Assembly (NCBI RefSeq): GCF_001194135.2
Contig: NC_069005.1
Span: 11,836,946-11,872,859, forward strand
Length of the DNA stretch: 35,914 nt
Source of the DNA: Octopus bimaculoides
Taxonomy: Eukaryota
Reading direction: 5' to 3'
Positions within the stretch are counted from its first letter, which is position 1; each line of letters opens with the position of its first letter. Positions 25,192 through 35,855 of this stretch are shown here, piece by piece. The notes under the pieces were generated by a model. The model made no database searches. It saw only the letters and a program-made list of their open reading frames with translations, and was not told the DNA's origin. The translations under genes were made by a program, and so were the position numbers.

Positions 25192-25649
25192 TACTCTTTT
25201 ACCCTTTTACTCTTTTACTTGTTTCAGTCATTTGTCTGTGGCCATGCTGGAGCACCACCTTTAGTCGAGCAAATCGACCCCAGGACTTATTCTTTATAAG
25301 CCTAGTACTTATTCTATCGGTCTCTTTTTGCATAACCGCTAATGTTACGGGGACCTAAACACACCGGAATCGGTTGTCAAGCCATGTTGGGGGGGGGGGN
25401 NNNNNNNNNNNNGGGGGGGGGACAAACACAGACACACAATCATACACACGCACATACATACATATATATATATATATATACATATATACGACGGGCTTCT
25501 TTCAGTTTCCGTCTACCAAATCCACTCACAAGGCTTTGGTCGGCCCGAGACTGTAGTAGAAGGCACTTGCCCAAGGTACCACGCAGTGGGACTGAACCCG
25601 GGACCATGTGGTTTATAAGCAAGTTACTTACCATACAGCCACTCCTACG
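25192..25649 (-). mobile_element. SINE family A, full length
   Basis: Reverse complement of the 23245-23700 architecture. Confidence 0.9.
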
Positions 25650-25843
25650 GCTTTATAAAGAAAAATAGATAGTCCGATATATTCCGCGAACGCCAATACT
25701 GAAGCAGGCGTGATGACAATTTTTGTGTTTCCTATTTGCAAAATAATCAAAGGAGAAAAAAGTTCAGTAAAAGTTGTTAATAATCCATAATTCTCGGAAA
25801 GTTCTGCAACATGTCTACACACGACAAACACAATAGTAGCAGC

Positions 25844-25900
<57 letters not shown>

Positions 25901-26439
25901 AGTAGTAGTGGTAGTGGTAGTAGTAGTAACAATGATAATAATAACAATAATCATCATCATCATTAATACGTGGCGACACTTCCAATAGTTTATTTAGCCA
26001 GTGTAATTCAATATTGATCCAATGGTTTGATTGGACTTAATTTCTGGGAATAGGCAAGATATCCCACGAACTTGAGAACTTCTATGTCGTTACTGAAACA
26101 ATGGAAGTATTAGTCAAATGTTCTTCAAATCACATACGACTGTTTTACAAAAATAAATAAATAAATAAATAAATAAAACACGATGGATATTTACAGGGAA
26201 AAGTATGTTGGTCGTCATGGTTAATAATATACTCCAAGATAAGAGCCGAAGAACGTATAGCTTTGAGTAGATCTAATTTTAATGAGAGTCTGTTTTTTAT
26301 CGCAGTTAATTGTGAATTTTAGAAACACCTATTTATATATTTAATTATTCGATTAGGCTGACCACGGGTTAAACGACAGCAGTAATTAACTTTGCAGGTT
26401 ATATAAATAATGATTTCTGAGTTAGAAACAATGCGTGCT

Positions 26440-26625
26440 ATTTAAAGAGTGAGGGAGATTAATTCATACCATTGACTCCAGTACTTGACTTATATTTTAT
26501 TTTATCCGTCTCGATTGATAGAAGGTAAAGTTGATCTCGGCACAATTCGAACTCAGAACGTAATGAGTCGGGGAAAAAGTGCCATCGAATGGCATTCTGT
26601 TCGAAGTTTTAATGATTCTGCGAAT
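26440..26625 (+). mobile_element. Repeat family B, diverged
   Basis: ..TTGACTCCAGTACTTGACT..TTTTATTT..GAAGGTAAAGTTGATCTCGGCACAATTCGAACTCAGAACGTAA.. Confidence 0.6.
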
Positions 26626-26718
26626 CCACAAAACAAAAAACAATTAATTCCAAGAATGTCTTCTAAACTGTATCACTTCATAAAATATCTAACTTAGTGT
26701 AATTTATTTGCTTAGGTT

Positions 26719-26762
26719 TATGCCGTGCTGATGACTTCAAAAATGTACGAAACGTCGCTATA
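26719..26762 (+). ncRNA. Hammerhead core motif with decayed stems I and II
   Basis: Exact CTGATGA (26728-26734), 14 nt, then exact GAAAC-GTC (26749-26756). Stem II CTTC/GTAC has only 2 of 4 pairs. Confidence 0.45.
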
Positions 26763-26804
26763 CATGGCTACTTATCTATTGTCATCTACTTGTTTAAGTC
26801 GTTA

Positions 26805-26990
26805 GGCTGTGGTCATGCTGGGGTACTGCTTTGAAGGGTTTTAATCGAAGAAATCGATCCTAGGACTTTTAAGCCTGGTACTTATTCTGTCGGCGTATTT
26901 TTTGTTGAACCCTTAAGTTACGAGGACGTAAAGAAACAACACTGGTCGTCAACCGCTGTAGGGGGACACAAACACAAACAATTAGACAGA
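26805..26990 (-). mobile_element. SINE family A-like 3' half
   Basis: GTGGTCATGCTGGGGTACTGC..AATCGATCCTAGGACTT..CCTGGTACTTATTCT.TCGG..GGTCGTCAA is the reverse complement of the family A tail. Confidence 0.7.
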
Positions 26991-26999
26991 CAGACAGAT

Positions 27000-27059
<60 letters not shown>

Positions 27060-27359
27060 NNNNNNNNNNNNNNNNNNNNNNNNNNNNNNNNNNNNNNNNN
27101 NNNNNNNNNNNNNNNNNNNNNNNNNNNNNNNNNNNNNNNNNNNNNNNNNNNNNNNNNNNNNNNNNNNNNNNNNNNNNNNNNNNNNNNNNNNNNNNNNNNN
27201 NNNNNNNNNNNNNNNNTATATTCTGTGTATCTTGTCTTTGTCGTTACTTTTTGATTCAAAATCCAAACATTAAACCTCGCCATACTTAGTCTAAAAGTGA
27301 TTACCTCCCTTACAATAACTGCTGTTCGCAAAGACCATGTAACGGTTTCTGATTTACGT

Positions 27360-27695
27360 ACAAAGTCAGCAATTTTGAGAAGGGGTTAATCAATAGGAGT
27401 CTGTTGTCCGGAGTAAGAGACTGGCACTTGAATTTTATCGATCAAGAAATAAAGAATAGCAAAGTTGGCATGGCTGCATTTGAACGTAGAACGTCAAGGA
27501 CTGGGGAAAAAAAAAACACTACATGACTGAGAGACTTAGCCTGATGACATCGACCGTAGTACTTGACTGGTACTTTATTTTATCAGTTCCGATATGATGA
27601 AAAGTGGAAGGCAAAGTCGACTACAGTGAGTGTTGGTCTCAGAGGATAAAGAGTTAAACAAAACATCACATGGCATTTTGTCCGACATCCTAACA
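27360..27695 (+). mobile_element. Two adjacent diverged family B copies
   Basis: Cores at about 27360-27520 and 27530-27695 (ACTGG.ACTT..TTTTATC..GCAAAGT.G.C..TTTGAACGTAGAACGT.AAG; ACATCGACC..AGTACTTGACTGGTACT..GGCAAAGTCGAC). Confidence 0.55.
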
Positions 27696-27826
27696 TTCTC
27701 TTAAATACCACCCCTTGTTTTGTAAATAATATTATGCGATATTTGTAAATAATAAATACCTTGACTTCTGGTACTTACATCATTATTTGCCGATCCACTA
27801 ATGTAATATGACAAAGTCTCTCTCTC

Positions 27827-27884
<58 letters not shown>

Positions 27885-28314
27885 CTTATATATATATATA
27901 TATATATATATANNNNNNNNNNNNNNNNNNNNNNNNNNNNNNNNNNNNNNNNNNNNNNNNNNNNNNNNNNNNNNNNNNNNNNNNNNNNNNNNNNNNNNNN
28001 NNNNNNNNNNNNNNNNNNNNNNNNNNNNNNNNNNNNNNNNNNNNNNNNNNNNNNNNNNNNNNNNNNNNNNNNNNNNNNNNNNNNNNNNNNNNNNNNNNNN
28101 NNNNNNNNNNNNNNNNNNNNNNNNNNNNNNNNNNNNNNNNNNNNNNNNNNNNNNNNNNNNNNNNNNNNNNNNNNNNNNNNNNNNNNNNNNNNNNNNNNNN
28201 NNNNNNNNNNNNNNNNNNNNNNNNNNNNNNNNNNNNNNNNNNNNNNNNNNNNNNNNNNNNNNNNNNNNNNNNNNNNNNNNNNNNNNNNNNNNNNNNNNNN
28301 NNNNNNNNNNNNNN

Positions 28315-28345
<31 letters not shown>

Positions 28346-28367
28346 TTTCTATTCTAGGCACATGGGG

Positions 28368-28496
28368 AGGGGGCAAGTCAATTAGATCGACGCCAGTACG
28401 CAACTGATACTTAATTTATCGACCCCGAAAGGATGAAAGGCAAAGACGATCTCGGCGGAATTTGAACTCAGAATGTAAAGATAGACGAAATACTAC
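28368..28496 (+). mobile_element. Repeat family B, partial
   Basis: ATCGACCCCGAAAGGATGAAAGGCAAAGACGATCTCGGCGGAATTTGAACTCAGAATGTAAAGA. Confidence 0.8.
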
Positions 28497-28940
28497 TAAC
28501 ACACACACAAACACACACACACACATACATACACTCACACACACATATAGTCAACAGATGAAATCCCGAGGTGCTCAATATAGAAACACTTTATAGAAAC
28601 ACAATATAGAAAACAGTTTGTAGCGCTCAAATGATTTGAACCAACACTACGAAAGCTTTACTCAGAACCAAGTTTGCAGGGTAAAGAGTAGCTATAAGAG
28701 AAATTCAGGCAAGCAGGTAAGGAGACAATGATGCAAATAAGCGAATAAAGTTGATTGGGTTTGACATGCAATATATATATATGCATGTGTACATGTAAAC
28801 AGAAAAAAAATATAGACTGAACATTTTTAGACAATGAATATTGAACTATGACTATCTATATAAATATACAGATGGCACACCATTACATTTTCCCCTTTAT
28901 TTTTCTATGTCTTTGTACTCTGCGCAAGTTTGCACTGATA

Positions 28941-28971
<31 letters not shown>

Positions 28972-29715
28972 NNNNNNNNNNNNNNNNNNNNNNNNNNNNN
29001 NNNNNNNNNNNNNNNNNNNNNNNNNNNNNNNNNNNNNNNNNNNNNNNNNNNNNNNNNNNNNNNNNNNNNNNNNNNNNNNNNNNNNNNNNNNNNNNNNNNN
29101 NNNNNNNNNNNNNNNNNNNNNNNNNNNNNNNNNNNNNNNNNNNNNNNNNNNNNNNNNNNNNNNNNNNNNNNNNNNNNNNNNNNNNNNNNNNNNNNNNNNN
29201 NNNNNNNNNNNNNNNNNNNNNNNNNNNNNNNNNNNNNNNNNNNNNNNNNNNNNNNNNNNNNNNNNNNNNNNNNNNNNNNNNNNNNNNNNNNNNNNNNNNN
29301 NNNNNNNNNNNNNNNNNNNNNNNNNNNNNNNNNNNNNNNNNNNNNNNNNNNNNNNNNNNNNNNNNNNNNNNNNNNNNNNNNNNNNNNNNNNNNNNNNNNN
29401 NNNNNNNNNNNNNNNNNNNNNNNNNNNNNNNNNNNNNNNNNNNNNNNNNNNNNNNNNNNNNNNNNNNNNNNNNNNNNNNNNNNNNNNNNNNNNNNNNNNN
29501 NNNNNNNNNNNNNNNNNNNNNNNNNNNNNNNNNNNNNNNNNNNNNNNNNNNNNNNNNNNNNNNNNNNNNNNNNNNNNNNNNNNNNNNNNNNNNNNNNNNN
29601 NNNNNNNNNNNNNNNNNNNNNNNNNNNNNNNNNNNNNNNNNNNNNNNNNNNNNNNNNNNNNNNNNNATATATATATATATATATATATACATATATGTAT
29701 AATTCTATCTATCTA

Positions 29716-29769
<54 letters not shown>

Positions 29770-30457
29770 CCGGCATATATACCTATATCTATATACATAA
29801 ATATATACATAATGAGTGTGCGTGTGTGTGTGTGTGTGTGTGTGTTTTAGTTGTAGTCTGTAACTCTGTTTTGTTGATTTAAACACCGTTCATCAATATT
29901 TACCTGTCATCCTTATTAACATTGCCTTGATCAAATAAAGTTTTCATGCTGGCCACAGACAGTTAAGCGTATTTTAGTGCTTATATCATTCTCTCTGCAA
30001 CAATTTTAACTTCATTGATTTATTAGCAAGTAGACAAGACACCGGAGGAGTCTCTCTCTCTCTATATATATATCTCTCTCTACTCCTTCGCTATAAATAA
30101 CAAACTAATCTATTCTAACCACGCTATACCTTTCTATAAAACAAACAAATAAACGAAAATGAAAGACGTATACGGTAACGTTGTCGTAGATCAATGGCAG
30201 AGGAACCTGCAGTTTGCTGAATGCTTAAAAGAGACGATCTGCAAGAAGCACGTAAAAGCAAAAATCATTAATACTGCCAAATAATTCTGTTGATTTAATG
30301 TTATTTACAGCTTATCTTTTCAACTAACTGCGTAATTTAGAAACAACTATTTATATTTCATTATCTACACTGGTAATTACTAGTTGAAAGTAATTAGAAT
30401 TGCAGTTCAAACATAGAAAGCATAGAAATCTGAAGTTTTCGATATAAAACTTGTAGT

Positions 30458-30541
30458 GTCAGGATGGCCGAGCGGTCTAAGGCGCTGCGTTCAGGTCGCA
30501 GTTGGGTCTTCCCGGCGTGGGTTCGAATCCCACTTCTGACA
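30458..30541 (+). tRNA. tRNA-Leu(CAG): tRNA-Leu, anticodon CAG (type II, long variable arm), intronless
   Basis: Acceptor GTCAGGA/TTCTGAC plus discriminator A; D region TGGCCGAGCGGTCTAAGGCG; anticodon stem CTGCG/CGCAG with TT-CAG-GT (CAG at 30492-30494); variable arm TGGG-TCTT-CCCG; T arm GTGGG-TTCGAAT-CCCAC. Nearly identical to metazoan tRNA-Leu-CAG outside the variable arm. Confidence 0.97.
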
Positions 30542-30544
30542 AGA

Positions 30545-30549
30545 TTTTT
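30545..30549 (+). terminator. RNA polymerase III terminator (T5)
   Basis: TTTTT begins 4 nt after the tRNA 3' end and is followed by a further T4. Confidence 0.85.
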
Positions 30550-30571
30550 CTTTTACTCTTGGAACTGCGAC

Positions 30572-30720
30572 GACGCTGTGGCATCGCGTTGAAAGTTTTA
30601 GTCGAATAAATAGACTCTACTATTTAAATTTTAAGTCTGGTACTTATACAGCCAGTCTCTTTGGCCGAACTGCAAGGTTACACTGACGTAAAGAAACGAA
30701 TACTTGTTCTCATGTGGTGA
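30572..30720 (-). mobile_element. SINE family A-like 3' half, diverged
   Basis: GGCATCGCGTTGAAAGTTTTAGTCGAATAAATAGAC..GTCTGGTACTTAT..TCTCTTTGGCCGAAC..GACGTAAAGAAAC. Confidence 0.6.
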
Positions 30721-31218
30721 GGCGACAGACAAGCACAGTCACGAGAATATAAGTATGTACGTGTTTGTGTGTGTGCATATATATATATATCTATACGTAT
30801 CTTACACACACACACACACACACATATATATAAATGTGTGTGTACACACACATATATATATNNNNNNNNNNNNNNNNNNNNNNNNNNNNNNNNNNNNNNN
30901 NNNNNNNNNNNNNNNNNNNNNNNNNNNNNNNNNNNNNNNNNNNNNNNNNNNNNNNNNNNNNNNNNNNNNNNNNNNNNNNNNNNNNNNNNNNNNNNNNNNN
31001 NNNNNNNNNNNNNNNNNNNNNNNNNNNNNNNNNNNNNNNNNNNNNNNNNNNNNNNNNNNNNNNNNNNNNNNNNNNNNNNNNNNNNNNNNNNNNNNNNNNN
31101 NNNNNNNNNNNNNNNNNNNNNNNNNNNNNNNNNNNNNNNNNNNNNNNNNNNNNNNNNNNNNNNNNNNNNNNNNNNNNNNNNNNNNNNNNNNNNNNNNNNN
31201 NNNNNNNNNNNNNNNNNN

Positions 31219-31255
<37 letters not shown>

Positions 31256-31264
31256 GAATATATA

Positions 31265-31476
31265 GGTACAGGATGTCACACACGGTGCAAGTAACATGAA
31301 CTACGTAAACAAACGAGGGAAAAATGAGTGAAACAGGTAAACATGGAGAAGGGTCCTTTCTCTGTGTTTACTTGTCCTGCTTTCCATTTTTTCTCGTTGT
31401 TTACGAATTTCACTCGTTTTACCCCCGTTCGTTTACGTATTTCATGTTATTTGTACCGTTGGTGACGTCCTGTACC
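31265..31476. mobile_element. 212-bp fold-back (MITE-like) element with 70-bp terminal inverted repeats
   Basis: 31265-31334 versus the reverse complement of 31407-31476: 59/70 identical, no gaps. Additional internal hairpin; flanked by TA-rich tracts. Confidence 0.8.
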
Positions 31477-31508
31477 CAAATATGTATGTATGTGTGTATA
31501 TACATATT

Positions 31509-31584
<76 letters not shown>

Positions 31585-31610
31585 TATATATATATATTTA
31601 TATATATGAT

Positions 31611-31655
31611 CAGGAGTGACTGTGTGGTAAGTATCTTGCTTACCAACCACATGGT
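31611..31655 (+). mobile_element. SINE family A head fragment (45 bp)
   Basis: CAGGAGTGACTGTGTGGTAAGTATCTTGCTTACCAACCACATGGT abuts the broken end of the PLE. Confidence 0.75.
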
Positions 31656-31659
31656 AGGA

Positions 31660-32482
31660 TCTTTACTTTGCTGTAGATGCCATCACTTATAAAACTTGCC
31701 AGTTTTTCCAAGTGGTCAGGCTTGTTCATCACCACTGTAGCATTTCCCTTCTGTGCTGGAAGTATCATGATGGAATTGTCACTCTGCTGTATTCTTATTG
31801 CGAACGTTTCTTCCTTAGTGATGTTTGGTTTGGGAAATTTTGCTTTTTCTAGTACCTGTGTCACTTTCCACTTTAGTTCATCTCCCTGAGCTTTTGGTAT
31901 CTTTATGGCTATCTCTTCAATAGGGAATATTATGTCCAAGTATGGAATGCGCTTGATAGTTGTCGCAAAGTTGAGGCCTTTGTTCAGTACTGCTTCTTCA
32001 GAGCTTTCTTGATGTCGGCTACTTAGATTAATTACTGCTTTCACAGATGGGTGACGGACCTTAGTATTCATTCTCTGACCTTTTAGTTTCATAAACTTCT
32101 TAATTTGGCGTGTCTTCCCCATTTCAAATTCTTTTATGTATGACTTTTCTAGACCTTGTTGGATTCTATTTCGATCATCATCTCTGGTTATTTTCCAAAG
32201 TAATGAAGATAACTTCTCTTTGATTTCGTTATTTAATTGATGTTTTTTCTAACGGTTGTAATGGATCTTCTCACGGGCGAGCGCATGTCCTGCCCTTTCC
32301 GCTACTCTTCTAGCTTTATATGAATCCATTGGTGTCATTATATTCAAGCCAGGTGGTATTAGCTTTGAGTTTCTACATCTACACAGGAAAGTTAGATGGT
32401 TTGAAAGACGAGCTAGTTTTTGATGGAGTTTCTCTATATATTTCCATTGAAGTCTAATGTCGGCTCCGTACCGATTAAATAA
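31660..32482 (-). pseudogene. Disrupted PLE ORF, N-terminal region up to the start of the RT domain
   Basis: One frame: LFNRYGADIRLQWKYIEKLHQKLARLSNHLTFLCRCRNSKLIPPGL...HYNR*KKH...VINLSSR..SEEAVLNKGLNFA...PNITKEE.FAIR.....IMILPAQKGNATVVMNK.D..EKL. The HL.FL.RC...LIP.GL, L.KGLNF, N.T.EE and ILPADKGNATVVM motifs are characteristic of Penelope-type proteins. In-frame TAG at 32249-32251. Confidence 0.85.
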
Positions 32483-32572
32483 TACAGTCCTGTATTTAAG
32501 AGATGAGGAATTATGTACATTATTTACATTATTTCCAATCGATGGATATTTGTCCTCATCTTGTTTGTTGTT

Positions 32573-32618
32573 AACACAACGTTTCGGATGATATACCCTC
32601 CAGCCTTCATCAGGTGTT
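32573..32618 (-). ncRNA. Minimal type I hammerhead ribozyme in the PLE leader
   Basis: Minus strand: AACAC (stem I)-CUGAUGA-A-GGCUG (stem II)-GAGGGUAUAU-CAUCC-GAAAC-GUU-GUGUU (stem I'). Stem I 5/5 pairs, stem II 4/5, loopless palindromic stem III (AACGUU). Confidence 0.8.
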
Positions 32619-32681
32619 TTGGGGGAAATTTCGAATCTGGGTTCTCATTCCTAAGGTATTTTTCGATGTTGTTGTTGTTAC

Positions 32682-32723
<42 letters not shown>

Positions 32724-33340
32724 ATGTTCCTCTACCCTTATTTTGAGGGGACGACATGTTTCGCCTTTGTAAAACCTAGCACACTCGCATGAAATAGATT
32801 ACACGCAGTTCTTAGTCATATTTTTGTTCAATGTGTTGATATGTATGAAATGAAATTACAAAAATCCGCTTTCATATAAATGTCTTCGTATCATAATCTA
32901 ATTGAAAATATATTTGTTTATGTAATCATAAGATACACACACACACATACATAGACACACATTATAAATTAAAATGCAGGTAAAGTGAAAGGTAAAAGAT
33001 GTTATCTTATATGTTTACAGTTGTTTCATCATCCACATTCAGTTACACCAGCGCCGCCAACAATATCTTGCATACAAATTGTATACACTTTACAAAAGCC
33101 TTACGTAAATGTATGCATACATATATATGGTCACTTCAGAATTTTAATTACTATTATACAATCCCCAGTAGTAACTGCCGTGAGCGGTGACTTTAAACAT
33201 TACACTAAACTTCACAACTGTCTTACCTGACGGCTGGATTCTCTGCGGAGAGTTTGCTACGAATTCTGTTTGATTCTTTGTATCTCTGTACACATATATA
33301 CATCCGTACATACATATGCATACAAATGCATACATACATA

Positions 33341-33410
<70 letters not shown>

Positions 33411-33589
33411 TTTTACAAATTACTCCATCCAACATTGTAGCAATCTCAATATACATATTCCAGCTTATAATTATTTTATAATTAACATTTTCTAATGACG
33501 TCATTCATAAATAAATTATAGCCTTCATTCTGCCCTCTAAATTATTAACTTAATAAAAGCATTTTACTCTTCAGTTCTTGTTGTTGACG

Positions 33590-33596
33590 TTGTAGC

Positions 33597-33628
<32 letters not shown>

Positions 33629-33629
33629 A

Positions 33630-33697
<68 letters not shown>

Positions 33698-33901
33698 AAG
33701 TAGCAGTAGTAGTCATAATAGTTGTAGTTTTTATTGTTGCTGTTGTTTTTATTGTTGTTCTTCTTCGTCTTCTTCGTCTTCTCCTCACCCTCATCCTCTT
33801 TCACTTATTACACCACATCTTCCTCTTCTTTACTTTCCCCACTACAACCACCGCGGCTATCACTACCATCGTCATTTTCACCATCATCATCATCATCATC
33901 A

Positions 33902-33942
<41 letters not shown>

Positions 33943-34003
33943 TTCTTCTTCTTCTTCTTCTTCTTCTTCTTCTTCTTCTTCTTCTTCTTCTTCTTCTTCT
34001 TCT

Positions 34004-34036
<33 letters not shown>

Positions 34037-34052
34037 GCTGCTGCTGCTGCAA
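33590..34052. repeat. Compound trinucleotide arrays (GTA/GCA; CAT/CGT/CTT/CTG)
   Basis: Direct; source of the poly-T, -S, -K, -M and -Y ORFs. Confidence 0.9.
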
Positions 34053-34544
34053 CTTCCTCGTCAATATATTACAACAGTCTTGGGTTACCATAGCTGAAGA
34101 TTTCACGCCGATGTACTGAGCTGCGGAAGTGCGTACAGCGTTGATTTCCTGTCACCTCTCTCGGATCGCCACCGCATGTCAACAAACACACAATTGTTGA
34201 AGCCTTGCATCACTCTGTTGACTTCTTCGCAAAATTGCTATTGATCTTCAGCCCTAGGTCAGCACTGATCAGGAAAACATATACTCAAGTACATGTCAAT
34301 CGTAACCATAGGTCCAGGTATAGTACATAATGAGAGATACTATGCTTTGAATCTACTCACTGAGAAATAATCATCATTGAAAATATGCGAAACATTCATA
34401 CGTTGTTAAGTTGTCCGTAGGACCAGCTTAAGGTATCCTGTAACTCGTACAGTTTCCCGAGATGGCATTTGCTTCAGAAGAGTTCGTTATGATAGATTTC
34501 CTTTTATTTATTATTTGTCCTAGTCAATGGAATGCAGCCATGCT

Positions 34545-34725
34545 GGAATATTGTGTTGAAGGGTTTTAGTGGAACAATTCGACCCCACCGATCTTATGCT
34601 TAGTTTTCAAAAGTCTGGTACTTATGCTATCTGTCTCTTCTGCCAAACCGCTAGTTTCCGGGAACATAAAAGAATCAAAATCGGTTGGCAAGCGGTGGCG
34701 TCCTTAATACGCTCTGTACGTGCAA
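34545..34725 (-). mobile_element. SINE family A-like 3' half
   Basis: GCAGCCATGCTGG..TTGAAGGGTTTTAGT.GAACAA.TCGACCCCA..GTCTGGTACTTAT.CTATC.GTCTCTT.TGCC.AACCGCTA..CGGTTG.CAAGCG. Confidence 0.7.
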
Positions 34726-35091
34726 TTCAAGTAACACAACATATATGTGTATACACACGCTCATTCACAAACACTCGGCATACACACTCGCACGACAAAC
34801 ATCTGTTGCTCTACACACACACACACACACACACATACATACACCACACGCATATATACACACACACCCTAAAATGCACACACACAGACATATCTATAGG
34901 TTTGGTGATGCAAGCAGAAAACTAGAGCTCAGATCATTTTTTTAAAAATTATTAATAATCAGCAGAAATTACAGTGACGGACGTGCCAAGAGTTTCGTGC
35001 GTTGGTACTCATCAAGTGTAAATGTACGAAACTTTCAGCCCTTGACCCTCTGTAAAATCAGTCAGTCATGATTAATAATAATTTTTACTAC

Positions 35092-35256
35092 TGTAGGCAC
35101 AAGGCCTGAAGTTTTATGGGCCGAGGTATAGGCTATTATATCGACCCTAGTGCTCAACTGGCACTTACTTCATCGACCACGAAAGGATGTAATGCAAAGT
35201 GGCCACTGGCGGCATTTGAACTCAGAATGTAGAGGTCGACAAAATGCGGTTAAGCC
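35092..35256 (+). mobile_element. Repeat family B copy
   Basis: GGCACAAGGCC..ATCGACCCTAGTGCTCAACTGG.ACTTA..ATCGACC.CGAAAGGATG..GCAAAGT..GGCGGCATTTGAACTCAGAA. Confidence 0.8.
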
Positions 35257-35418
35257 CAACACCTTAAATTTTTGGAGGGTAATGAAAACGCTTTAAACAT
35301 CCCGGAAAACGTCATCGCCAAAACGGACGAGAGTAAAAACATTTTGGGACTGATTTGAATCAATATTTTTCCATTATTGGATTTATTCATTTGATTGATG
35401 TACAAATGTAATAATAAT

Positions 35419-35855
35419 GAGAATTCCTTGCGATCATAATAGAGCGGTGACGGAATTTGACAAGTTCAGTAAATATAAAGACTTGCTAATAGAAATTGAA
35501 AAAAATCTGGCATCTCAAGGCGACTACCGTACCAGTGATTGTAGGATCTCTAGGAATGAAAAAAGGGGTACTGAAACCTAATTGAAAAATGATACGAGGC
35601 TTACCATCCCTACAGAAAGTGCAAAAAATCGTGTTAACTGGAACGCCTCATGTACTGAGAAGAGCATTGTCGCTGTTAAATCAACATCCCTTCATGAATT
35701 TATTTATCAATTAATTTTTTTTTAAATACGTATTTTACCTGTGAATTTGCGTGTGTAAACTGGGAATGCTTACAATGAGCTTCTCTGCCCTAGGTGTACG
35801 GAAAACACTCGGCGAGAAATGGAAGAAAATTAGAAGAAAGAATAAAAACAACAAC

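Larger units (their letters stand above)
31656..32665 (-). mobile_element. Penelope-like retroelement, 5' portion (leader with HHR plus N-terminal ORF; RT core and GIY-YIG absent)
   Basis: ORF motifs typical of PLEs (below), preceded by a leader with a hammerhead and bounded by a (CAA/TAA)n tract. Confidence 0.85.

Noticed and set aside
25628-25963. 111-aa hydrophobic ORF
   Set aside because: Starts in trinucleotide repeats, ends in a SINE head, and has no family motif.
27541-27547. CTGATGA
   Set aside because: A mutated part of repeat family B (GATTACATCGACC); no GAAA partner.
30443-30449. TATAAAA upstream of the tRNA
   Set aside because: Located at about -15 to -9, not at the approximately -30 position expected for a Pol III TATA element.
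32750-32765. Minus-strand GGC-GAAAC-AT-GTC half hammerhead with ACATGT palindrome, upstream of the PLE
   Set aside because: No CUGANGA partner found within a plausible distance; at best a relic of a second tandem HHR.
33734-34106. Poly-Ser and poly-Lys/Met ORFs
   Set aside because: Pure trinucleotide arrays open on both strands.
34080-34330. GC-richer segment possibly coding or LINE-derived
   Set aside because: All six frames are interrupted, and I found no convincing motif.
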